Positions 51,428 through 62,828 of a stretch of 64,000 nt of DNA are shown here, piece after piece (position 1 is the first letter of the stretch; every line of letters begins with the position of its first letter). The position numbers were made by a program, and so were the translations under genes. Location of the stretch: positions 558,001 through 622,000 of the forward strand of contig RSEE01000011.1 of the NCBI GenBank assembly GCA_003971905.1, written 5' to 3'. The stretch comes from Moniliella sp. 'wahieum'. Its lineage: Eukaryota. A model generated the notes under the pieces. The model ran no database searches. It saw only the letters and a list, made by a program, of their open reading frames with translations, and had not been told where the DNA came from.

Positions 51428-51963
51428 AGTCTTGGTATGGTGTGTGACGACGGAGCCGGTGGTGGGGGAGAAGAGGGGAGAGACGATACTCCAGTTATCA
51501 GGGGTAGCGTCCGTGCGCAAGGAGGTGTGAGAAGAATTCCTGTTAGACCGAGGGAGGCTAAGGGCGGTGAGGGAGGCTTCCGGACTGTGTGACAGGGTGA
51601 TGCTCCTCTTCTTGATTATACGGCGCAGCGGCGTGGGGGGTCTTGACGTGGCTGGTGTGTCTGCCACCCCAAGGACATAAATGCGATTGAGATACATGTA
51701 ACTCTCAGAAAAGTGCCTCCGCCCATAGAGGGAGCAGGCCTCCGAGTAGCGAAAGAAGTGGTAGTGGTAGGGTCTCTGTACGACAACACCGCGCTTGCGC
51801 TGTGGCCTGCTGTGCCCCCCAGTAGTGAACACTTCGAAGATCAGTTGAAACGTTCAGCCTTGTTTTTGCACCGACTGATGTTCATGAAGCTTGATGAAGC
51901 TTGAAGTGGGAACTGTGAACTTTTTTTTTCCCACCTTGTTTGCCTGAAGCACCAGCCACCACC

Positions 51964-53068
51964 ATGTCCCAGGACTACACGCCGCCATCAGGCTTTCGCC
52001 TTGCTGACTTTCAGGATGAGGGCGAATTTGATGCGGCTACCCTTGGGCCTGCGCTTCAGGCGAAAGACAAGGCACTGTGGATGGTCAAGCTGCCTGCGGG
52101 GCTGAAAGCGAGCGAGCTCGATGGGCTCAAGCTCCCACTTACCTCGTCTTTGGAGAAGGGCCGCGTTCCCACCATAGCACGCTTCTCCGCCGGACCCAAG
52201 GGGGAGAAGGTGGATTACCAAATTGTCCCTGTTCCTCTGCAGGAGGGACTGGCTCAACCTCCCCCGGTGCAGAGATGCCCAACTTTGACATTTTCCTCCC
52301 TGATCAGCGTGGGGCTATGGCCGTGTTCCCCGTCCCAGCCATTACTTTACTGTGGCTCTTGCACCACCACCTGCCGCCCAGGCACCCCAGCTGAGGCCGT
52401 GTTACCCATTAAAATCTCCAAAGAAGAGGCAAAGAAGGTTGAGCGTGCGCTGGAGGCACGCAAGACTCCGCATGTCCAACCATCGCATAAGCTCAATGGC
52501 TTTTTCAACCCGGCCGGTGCTGGGGTGGGAAGCAAAGAATTGACCAAGGCATGGGGGAAGACTCAGGCTGTTGATCTTGCTCCCGAGGCACAGGAGGAAT
52601 TGCGCCATTTCCTCTCCGGTCAGCAGCAACGCGATTTGCGTGCCCAGTTTGTCGCTGCCGTCGGTACCCAACCTGTGGACGGGGCCGAGGAGCAGCTGGA
52701 GGTTGCGGCACAAGAGGGCCAACATGAAGATGTGACTATGGATGATGGGGCGATTTCCACTCCGGCTGGTGGTCAGTTTGAGTCCAACGACCCGTCCGTC
52801 CCTGAGGTGGACATTAAGCCGAAAAAACAAGCAAGAGCAGGTGACGCCAGACGAAGCGGATAAAAGTAAGGACAAGCACCGTTCGTCCAAGGATAAGGAC
52901 AAGAAGCGTCGCCACTCCTCATCGAAGCACTCATCCAAGGACAAGGGTGATGAAAGCAAAGAGAAGAAGCACCATGCCTCTTCTTCCAAGGAAAGAGAGA
53001 AATCCAAGAAGCGTCGCTCGAGCGAGAGCAAAGACGAGCGGAAGCCCAAGCAAGAAAAGACCGAGTGA
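51964..53068 (+). CDS. RPA34: RNA polymerase I subunit A34.5 (Rpa34/PAF49)-like
   Basis: MSQDYTPPSGF..KALWMVKLPAGL..LDGLKLP N-terminal motif and a Lys/Ser/Glu-rich C-terminal tail. Confidence 0.7.
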
Positions 53069-53816
53069 AATCCATTGTATTGCATTATTCCCATTCACAT
53101 CCTCGCCAGCGATATCTGGCCTTAGTCTTTCTTTGAGATGGAAAGCGCGCTGCAGGCCCAGCACATATCCATGTAGGCTAGTTAGCTCGAATCCCCCAGT
53201 CCCATTAGTAGAAACACATGGTGCTCCAGGAATATTGAAACCCCATTTGTCTCGTATCCGCCAAGGCGCTCTTCTCCCACCAGCCGCACCAACATCTCTA
53301 GTTACTCGAGCTTGTAGCTTCAATCACAACAATGCTTCGCACACGCCTTCCCCCTCGGAAGAGTATGAGGACTCTCCATCCGCCCCGCATGTGGGGGCAG
53401 CATTACCAACCTCGTCTACCGCCTGCTGAATTGCGCCTACGTCGAATCCCCGCCCCCCTACCAAGGAAGAGGAACCCATGGACGTCCGGATCCTGCTTGG
53501 CATTGCCGCTTTCGCCCTCCTGATTGGAACCGGCGTGGGAATTTACCTCGCTTATCACCCTGTTGTAGATGCCACACGGGCGTATACACCCAAACCTCGT
53601 CCTGCGTCTCATGGACTGACCTCATTTCGCGACCGCGGAGAGCTGTGAAAGTGCCATTCACTTCCCTGTTGTTTTTCACTCTGCTTGAGACGATGCCATA
53701 TTTCCGGCCATGAGGGACTGGACGCTTACGATCGCGTCCTTCGGGCCTCTGCTCCGCACCTGTAACCACGCATCCTCCAAGAGGGCAACAGACGCGAGAT
53801 GCAATGAACGATACAC

Positions 53817-54267
53817 TTAGAAACCGATGGGGTTGACACGGCGGTCCACCTTGGTCCACTTGGCGAACTAGGGGAGAGAAATGGAGTGTCAGCATAAGGT
53901 CCGGAAGAACACGCGAGGATGCATACATGGTTCAGGGGCTTACGGTAGCCCCGGGCATTGCGCGAGTGGGTGTACTTGTCCTTGGCGGGCATTTCGTCCA
54001 CAAGGGGAAAGAAGGTGGTAGCGCTGCAGTGCACGCAGTTGTACCCCGCTATCAGCGAGAGTGGCAATGACCTTGTCGACATTGGCCAGGCGTTGCTGCG
54101 CTTTGCTCGGGTCCCAGACGGCCGCGGCGCTTCCACAGTAGGCGCCGAGTGTGGCATGGAAGGCCGCAGCGCTCCACAATACGGGCGCGGGGGCCAGCAC
54201 TCCGAGTGCGGCCAGCAATGGCACCAGTGGTGCGGTTGAGCATCCGCAGTCCAGACAGTCCCAACAT
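53817..54267 (-). CDS. MRPL31: Mitochondrial ribosomal protein mL60 (yeast YmL31)
   Basis: LLWK..W, QRLANVDKVIATLADSG, EMPAKDKYT, RGYRK..H, intron, KWTKVDRRVNPIGF*. The start may instead be the ATG at 54329. Confidence 0.85.
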
Positions 54268-54485
54268 GACGATGGCAGTGGTAGGCTGGGCTTGCCGTTG
54301 GAGGCCCGGAGGAAGAAAGAAGGGAGCATGGCGTACGTAAGCTACCCGTGGGTTACATTGAAATTATCGTGAGCGGTGCAGGGTTCAACTTGAACGTTCA
54401 ACACATTCAGGACGCTCAGGCTTGCTCAGGTGCTCAGGGCGTAGCGGCGGCAACTCGGCGGCCCACCACCTCCATGCTGGTAAGC

Positions 54486-56274
54486 ATGTCGTCGTCCCCG
54501 ACCTCGTCCAGCCACGCCCCGGCTTCGTCCACACCGTCGGCGAGCCGATAAGGGAAAAGGTAAGGGTAAACAGGTTACCAAGGTCAACCCTCCTCCGAAG
54601 GATCCTAAGAAACCTACCGAGCCACCCTCGGCGCCGCTGGACCCCCAGGCACAAGCCGGAAGGAGCCAAGGCCGCGGCTAAGAAGGAGAAGTTGCGTCTT
54701 AAGAGAGAGGAAATCAAGAAGGCCAAAAAGGCCTCCAAAGATGCGCCTGAGGCCAGAAGGGGGCTACCTCAACCGAACTGAAGCCTTCAGAGAAGGAGGT
54801 CGAGACCGAGGAGGACAAAGCCAAACCCAAGAAGAAACAGCGGACGAGGAAAAAGAAGGAGGACGGGGGTCCAGCTACCAAGCATGAGCGTAAGCCCCGT
54901 CTCAAGGTTGTCGTGCGACATTTGCCGGCAGCATTGCCCGAGAAAGTTTTCTGGGCGAGCATCCTACCCTGGGTGCGTACCGCTGCCCAAGTAGATGCGG
55001 CCAAGAAGGTACTTGCAGGAGACGTTGTCGAGGCAACTGATGTGCCTGCAGTTTCCCCCTCTGTTCCCGCTACCAATGATACTGAGGCTAGCCCTTCTTC
55101 CGTCGAAGAGGCGAATTCAGCGCTCCCAAGCCTCAACATAAACCGATCGAGCCCTCTCTTCTTGCAGCGAGGGAGGCCGCGCACAGACTCTGACATCGAC
55201 TTTTTGAATGTTACGGCCAAGTGGATCAGTTATGTGCAAGGCAAGCAACGTGCTACGTACGTCCCCCCATTCTCTTCTGTCTCCGCCTCACAGACAGGCA
55301 GCTAATAATACTTATCACAGGGGAAGCGCCAAGCCCACCATCCCTCTCGAGCCTACATCAGTTTCGTCTCGGATGAAGCGCTGGGTGCGTTTGTGGGTGC
55401 ATTCCAAGGCCACACGTTTAGGGACAGCACCAGGAACACGACCAGTGTTACCCAGATCGAGTCTGCCCCTCATCAGAAAGTGCCAGAGCCTCAAGGGGAG
55501 CGAGAGAAAGCGTGGAGGCCCAGAGGGTGGGAACGATTGAGCACGATCGGAGTACATTGCTTTCCTTGACCTCTTGAAGGAAAGGAGGAGGAAGCCACAG
55601 CCGAAGAAGAGACGAAGGCCGCTCCCTTTCGGATGCGCAGCTGACCGCGTCCTTACTGGCAGCTACCGAGGCAAAGGCCAAGAAGCCCGCCTTGCACAAG
55701 AGGCCATGGCCCGCTTACGCCGCTTTTGGAGCATCTGAGGATGCAGCGGGAGAAAACGCAGAAGGGGCGGGGGATAAGGGTAAAGAGAAGCTGGATCAGA
55801 GCAAGCCAAGCCTGAGGCTGCCAAGGAAGAAAAAAGGAGAAGGATAGCGAAGTGAAAAAGGACAAGGGGAAAGAGAAGGAGAACCTCAAGGAAAAACCCA
55901 AGGAAAAACCCAAGGAAAAATCAAGGAAAAACCTAAAGAGAAACCCACGGAGAAGCCCAAGAGAAAGCCATGGAGAAGCCCAAGAGAAGAAGACCAAAGG
56001 AGGCGAGAAGGAGAATGGGCTCTCCCACTCCCCCTCCCAAAGGAGGAAAGAAGAAGTCTCCCTCTGGCCCATCCACAGCCCTTCGAACTCCCCGCCAGCG
56101 GGTAAGATATCGATCCTCAAACGTCCCCCCCTCCCCCCGAAAGGGTCTGCTTCAACCTCTGGCCCCAACTCTGCTACGGCTTCCGCTCAAGCATCCGCTC
56201 AAGCATCCGCTCCAGATAAAAAGGACAGGCCAAAAGAAGCCACCTTACAAGAAGAACCAGCAGGACCGAGCTAG
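54486..56274 (+). CDS. UPF3: Nonsense-mediated decay factor Upf3 (Smg4/UPF3 RRM-like domain)
   Basis: RLKVVVRHLPAAL, YVQGK, intron, PSRAYISF..F.GAFQGHTFRD, IESAPHQKVP, GTIEHDREYIAFL; Lys/Glu-rich tail. The 3' end is approximate. Confidence 0.88.
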
Positions 56275-57904
56275 CCCCTCGCATTTAGCTTCTCTTTCCC
56301 AATTGCTTCTCTGTGTCCCGGGGCACACGTCGCAGTGACAAGGATATGTGCTCTTTCTTGCGGAGCACGGAGTGACTCGCTCAGTTGGCCGTGGTTGCCT
56401 GACGCATTGTGGCCCACCTCAATCACTGTCACATGTTTCTCATGTATGTCATACGCTGGCAAACCGGCCTTCCGTTGCGCCCAAGAACTGCAAACTGCAG
56501 AATGTGCTACGCCCTTGTTGAGCATTTTTGAACGTCTGACATTACAGGTGACGTTTGATGGCTGTCACTTGCGTTCTCCGGCATTGTGCTGCACACACTT
56601 CGTCGGTCTACCGACACATTGCGTCCTTCACATTGTAGAAAACTGTCACTATCAACATTGGGATCGGCGTACACCCTCCCACGGGACAGGGCCACTCTAT
56701 CCAGCCTGATGACCACCACCTAAACTGATAGGCATAGCAATCGGGATACACAAACTGTCTGAGCCAGAGAAGGTCACTGAGGTCAATATTCGATAGTAGA
56801 TATGTGTAGGCAATATCGAACTGCATTAACCGTTGGCACTTAGCTTGATCGGTTCACCCCCCGTAATATACGCTTTTTGTTTGTTCTGGAGAGAAGTAAC
56901 TAGTAGACCCCGAAGAGATCTTGAACATTTACCATGATATCATGATAGGTCTCACCCGTTTAGTAGACAGTCCGGCTCGTCACCACGTTTCGTCCTCTTG
57001 ACTATAGGCGTGCGAGCCCGCGGCGTCCAGTATGCACAACTTGTCATATTCTCGCTCTATCTGTTCTGAGAGTGTGGACACCGCCTGCCGGGTTGAACGT
57101 TTTGAACGTTGACCACGCAATGTTTGCGGATTTCCTTCGTTCATGCAGATCCATCGACCCCTCCTTGGTGCGCGGTGCGCGTATACGGAATTGACCACCG
57201 AGAGACTAGTGCACTACGCAGCACGTGTACCCGGTGTCCACCGTCCACCATATCTTTTTGTGGCCACATCATGCCTGTCCGTCCGGTCATTTACCATCAT
57301 GTGGTTTGGCGTCTTCAGCGCGAACAACAGAAATGCATGGATATACGTGCGCGCCGCCAGCATCAACTGCGTCAACGTACTTATTACTTCTCTCACTATC
57401 AATCCCCGTGAGTTTAGCTACGTTGGCTCTCAGATCCCACGGCGCACATTCGCACGAATTCATACCTAGGGCCTATATGGGGGCGGCGTTGCTAACCCGT
57501 ATAGTGACTAGGGCGTGACGCGAGCTAGTGACGCGTGACGGCAAACCTTTTGCTTGACGTTAAAGACTAAACTCACTGAAATCACTTGCACGACGATCCA
57601 AAAATGCCGATCCCCCAGCAGAGGGCCCAGTGTCTGCACTCTTTCCCAGGGGTAAGATGCTCACAAAACACTGCCCCTACGCTATACATGTCTGGGGGGT
57701 GACACAGGCACAAGGGCAGAGGAAATGCTTGTGGGCTGACAGGAACGACACTGCCGGATGCTGCCTATTCCCGCGCGCAAGCAGCTCGCGCTCGCGCTGC
57801 GATCAGACAAGGGGCATACAAGCGGCCGCGGGTCAGAGAGGGACAAAAGTGTTGTCCCTGCCTTCTTCCAACCTCCACACCTCCCACCGTTTACCGATCT
57901 AAAG

Positions 57905-60062
57905 ATGAAGACCCAATCCTCCCGCACACGCAGCCGGACGCTGCTTCGTGCAGCTCTCCTCGCTGGCGCTGTATCGAGCGCCGCGCCCATGCGCCCTTGA
58001 TTGAGCGCCGTCATGTCAACCGTGCCGCGGGTGCACCAGCTGGTATCTCGAGCAACCCCCAGTCCTTTGACGGACAGACGTTCGACTATGTCATGTCGGA
58101 GGCGGCAATGCCGCCTCGTGGTGGCTTCGCTTGAGTGAACAGGCCAACCTTACGGTCGCCGTCATTGAGGCCGGGCCTAGAGGAGAAGGCGAGCCCAGCA
58201 TCACCACGCCAGCTGCGAACGTACGTTCTTTTATTTCGCCATCGCTTGCAACATCCTGGCTACCTAACATCAACTCTGCAGCTTACAACTCCTCCGTTGG
58301 TACCGACATGGACTGGTCCTACAACTACGACAGCTCAAGCCAGTTGATGAACCGTCAGCCCTTGGCCCCGGGGTAAGACCCTGGGTGGGTCCAGTGCGAT
58401 AAATGGGCTGTACCTTGTACGCCAGCCCGAGGTTGAGCAGGACAGTTGGGCGAACCTCATTGCGAATGGTACGGAGACCCAACATTTGGGCTTGGGACAA
58501 CGTGCTTAACGCTATGAAGCGGAGCGAGACCTACACCCCTGTTGACGACGCTGCTGAGAGCATCATTGCCGCTGGTGCTGGCTCGGCGGCATCGTCGAAA
58601 AAAAGTTTGGTCCCTTATACGTCCTCCAACCACGGTACCTCGGGCCCGATCCATCACAGCTACCCCGGCTACTCGTACGAAGATGGGTGCGTTCTCGAGT
58701 CGGCGGCAATCGCGACGGGCCTCGACATCAACCAGGATGCTTACGGTGGCAACAACTCTGGTCCGTTCCTGTCCATTTCGTCGATCAACCCTGGCAACTG
58801 GACCCGTTCATTTGCCCGACAAGGTTACCTCGATCTGTCGTCTACCGAAGCAACTTGCATGTTCTCACAGGGTTACAGGCAACCAAGATCAACTTTGACA
58901 CCAGCAACCCCCCAAAGGCTGTGGGGGTTAGCTTTGCTGCCTCCCCAACCGGTTCCACCTACACAGTCACGGCCAAGAACGAGGTCATCATCTCGGCTGG
59001 AGTTATTGGCTCTCCCCAGTTGCTCCAGTGTCGGGTGTGGGTGACAGCTCAGTGCTGAACCCCTTGGGGATCAAACAAGTGGCTAATGTGCCGGGTGTAG
59101 GATTCAACCTACAGGACCACCTGTCTACATCCGTCAAGTTTTCTCCCGTAGTCAACACTACCATTGCCCCTGCTCAAGTGACGGGCAATGCGACGGTGGA
59201 CAGTTATGTCAACTCAGCTACGGCTTACATCCCCCTCAGCAAGATTCTGGGTAACAATTCTCAACCCTTCATTGATGGTTACAAGCCACATTTCCAACTA
59301 TGTGGGCCTACGATGCCCCCCGATACGGTCAAGGCAGGGTTTAATGCGACAAGCTACGAATTGGCGTACAACATGTACCCCAAAGACGTTCCCGCTGTCG
59401 AGATTCTCCTGGGTAACACCTATGGCAACATCCTCGTTGAGTGTGGTCTTCAGCACCCTGTTTCCCGTGGCAGCGTCAAGATCAACCCACCTCGGCGTTT
59501 GACAAGCCTCAGGTGGACCCGGGCTATTTGCTGCACGAGGAGGATGTGACGATCATGCGTGAAGGGCCGTATGGCCCGCAAGGTTGGTTCCACGCCTCCC
59601 CTGAGCACTTTGCTGGTACCGAGGTGTCGCCCGGCGCCACAGTCCAGTCCTCGGCTGACTGGAACACCTACGTGGCCAACACTCGTCCGGTACCGAGTAC
59701 CACCCTTCGTCCTCTGCTCTATGCTTCCCCTTGAGCTGGGAGGCGTTGTGGATTCCGAGTTTAACGTGTACAACACACTCAGAACCTGCGCGTCATTGAC
59801 TCATCCGTGCCCCCGCTTTCCATGTCCCAACACCTCATGACCATCACGTATGGCTTGGGCGAAATTGGGGCTGACCTCATCAAGGCCAAGGCCAACGGTG
59901 TCAACTACGGTGTCACCACCAACACCTCTTCTTCCGCACCCCATCTCCTCCACCTCTGGAGGGAGTACGGCAGCCAAACCAAAGTCTAGTGACGGGTCGC
60001 ACCTCATGACCTCAGTGATGGGAATGCTCGTTGCTGCGGTGGCTGGTGCAAGCTTGTTCTGA
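57905..60062 (+). CDS. Secreted GMC oxidoreductase (AA3_2, glucose oxidase/dehydrogenase-like) with GPI-type C-terminus
   Basis: Signal-like N-terminus, FDYV..GGG, VAVIEAG, GKTLGGSSAING, EVIISAGVIGSPQLLQ.SGVG, GFNLQDH, EYHP..CSMLP..GGVVD, LRVIDSS, SQHLM (His/His pair), then S/T-rich linker and hydrophobic tail. Confidence 0.93.
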
Positions 60063-60423
60063 TCCCTTCATATCTGCCCTCATGGTAGTTTTTACCCTTT
60101 CAGTCACGCTCAAATACCGCATTCACGATCCCTGCCTATTACGTCTGCTCTCTCTTCACGCCTAGTTGTGGAAACCCGGGCGGCATTTATCGTCGTGGAC
60201 GCCATTTCCCATGGGCGTCTGACCTTTCGCTTGTTCCACTATACACCCTCCTCTTTCATGCCTCTCCCCCTTTTCCGTTGGACACTTTTTTAGTTATTCA
60301 GTTGCTTTTTCTCCCTCAAGTGTTTCTTCAAAGAATTTATCGTCTGCCGGTGTGCTGCCTACTGAGATCAATCAGAGCTCTGAAGTAGCTTTTGCAGAAC
60401 TCAGTTTATAAAAACTGAGCCAA

Positions 60424-60950
60424 TTGACTCTCCGCCATTCTATCCACCCCGTGCCTCTCCGGCTCTCTGACAAGCAGGTTCAGGTCGGTCTCCATCCGCA
60501 CGCTGTGCTGCTCCACGCGCAGCATGTGCAAGTGCGGCGTCTTGTCCTCGCTGGAGCACATCATGGCTTGCGCCCACACCCAGGCCAAGTTTATCGGGTT
60601 GCACGAGGCAGTACGGGAGCCATTGTCGATTATCCAGCTCGTGCGCTCCATCCCCGACACCCACGTCCTCATGGAACCTGCTGTGGAGGAAGAGGATGGG
60701 TCGAGGCACGGGCGGAAGGCGCTGCGCACCAACTACTGCGTGATGGGGCCCGGAGCAATCGGAGTATCAGGAATGGAGGTGGACCACTTGCTGCGCGACA
60801 CGGGATCGTAGGAGGCGCAGAGCGCGTCCCGGAGGGTGGTGCAGGAGAGCACCGCAACGCCTTTGGAACGCCGAGAGAAGGAGCTGCTTCGGCTGCTGGA
60901 ACAACAGAATGCGACAAGAACGCCAAGTAATACCACTGGGATGCACCCAC
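60424..60950 (+). mobile_element. Degenerate 3' fragment of an RLE-type (CRE/R2-like) non-LTR retrotransposon
   Basis: PLRLSDKQV, CCHC knuckle CKCG-x5-EHIMAC, HEAVRE, V-x2-EP, RT(N/D), REKE. This order matches the zinc knuckle plus restriction-like endonuclease region; there is an in-frame stop at about 60809. Confidence 0.5.
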
Positions 60951-62459
60951 AAGAGAATAGCCTTCCTAAGGCCTAAAAGCCAGTCGAGGGTGATCTGACA
61001 GGTGACATCGGGTTACATCGGGTTACATGGTTACATCGGGTTACCGATTAGCGGTTAGCGCTTAGCGGTTATTTTGTTGGAGTATGGTGGCATGTGGCAC
61101 CACTTGGTGTGATGGCTTGAAGCTTGAAGCTTGAAGTATCAGTCTGTCGTCTGAGACCTGGAGTCCTGAGGCCTGGGCCTGAGGCCGGGGCTAAGCTGCG
61201 GAACCCTTGAAAAAACAGGAGAGAGAAAACAACGGAACTCCCACGCCTGAGGAGGAACTGAAGGGACATTAACCAAATCACGAGCCATCTGCACAGTGCA
61301 ATCGTCCATAGTTTTTGTGTTGACATCCGTCCTAGGACACCGCGCGGACACTGAGTCACGTGAGTCAGTTTTCATTCCTTCCAAGCTCGCATCAGTCTTC
61401 TGGACGATTCAGTCACAGAAGCTCCTGCGTCCAATACGACGTTCAATCTCAGCTGAGGGCTCACATCCTATGGCAGTGGCGAGGCCGACAGCTTGGTGGC
61501 GTAGCTACTTCTCAGTTAAACGTGTTAAACGTTAACGCGTAACGGACAACGGCGGTTCTGGCTCTCACTGGTGTGAGATATTTATCGCGCTTAAGCTTAT
61601 CCATTGATCGCCCGTTAGTGCTTCGCTCTAGCCCCCATTCTTTCAGTTATGTGCAATGTGTGCATTATGGTCAAAGCTGCAACAAAATCGTGTTTGCTGC
61701 TTGCCGGCATCTCGGGCATTCGGCTGGCACACCCGTTCCTTTTCAGGCACTCTGAGCCCCTTTTTGTGGGGGTTTCATTCGTAAGGGCTTCAAGCTTCAA
61801 GAAGCTTCAGCGCTTCAGTGCTTCAGCGTCAACTAGCAACTAGAGATCCCGTTCCGACTCAAAAGTGTTAAAAAAGAGAGGAGCTGCTGTCTTGTCACAT
61901 GTCACGTAGAGTTCGCGGACTATAATCATGCATGCGTCATGTATATATCATGCGGCATTGAGTCCCGTAACGCGTAACGCGTAACGCGGAAGGGAACGAT
62001 CCGCGGACAGGAAGATGTGGGAGAAGAAACTGAATCGGACCACCGAGGCGCTCAGTGCCAAGAAAAACAAAGGGTAGATGTCACAGTCGGGGCTAGGGCG
62101 AGGGAGGCCAGCCAGAGTCGGAACTAGAGGTCAAGGGATGTCAGCAATCGTTCGTGGGGAGGAAGCAAGAGCAGAGGACACGGTGCGAAGCTGAAGAACA
62201 GGGACTAGGGAAGGGGCGAGACGCTCGGGACGAAGGAAATAGAAATAGGAGCGAAGTCACTAGTCACTAATAGGCGCTAGTCACTACTCTATATAGTCAC
62301 TAGTCAGCGAGTCAGCGCTAGCCAGCGCAGTCAGCGCTCAGGCAAACGATGACAGTAGATATCACATACATCAGCGTATCACAGAGAAGATCTTCTGATT
62401 TTTATACATCCGTCCATCTGTCGTGTTCCCATCGCAGGGCGCTTCATCTCCCTTTTGAA

Positions 62460-62828
62460 TCCATATCATTGACAGAGCTTAAGGCTGGGACAGGGGGAAC
62501 GATACGTCTAAACCGAACCGTTCATCTTGCGGGGGTTACTTGAAAGCGCCACTAAGGTCCTATAACGCAGACCCCCTTTTTCTTTACGTCATGCTTACCT
62601 ATTTGTTTGCGCGGGCGGAATGCGCACCCCACCCCCGCGTGCTCAGCCATGCACATGGGTGATAAAATTCCTCCAGCGTGGAACAGTGGAACGGTGGCTA
62701 AGGTGGCGACGGGGAACGGTGGCTACGGTGGCGAAGGTGGACCGGTGGCTAAGGTGGCGACGGTGCACCAAGCACCAAGCTGGGGCGAAGCCCCAGCTGA
62801 CCGGGCCGTAGGCCCGGTGGTCTTCTAG
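62460..62828 (+). mobile_element. Non-autonomous Helitron-like element, copy 2 (369 bp)
   Basis: Starts A|TC (TCCATATCATTGACAGAGC) and ends CTAG|T. Subterminal hairpins GCTGGGGC-GAA-GCCCCAGC and ACCGGGCC-GTA-GGCCCGGT lie just upstream of the CTAG. No target-site duplication. Confidence 0.8.

Noticed and set aside
61005..61070. GGTTA-containing repeats as interstitial telomere
   Set aside because: The units are GGTTACATCG and GGTTAGC rather than TTAGGG, and they merge into the palindrome-array pattern.
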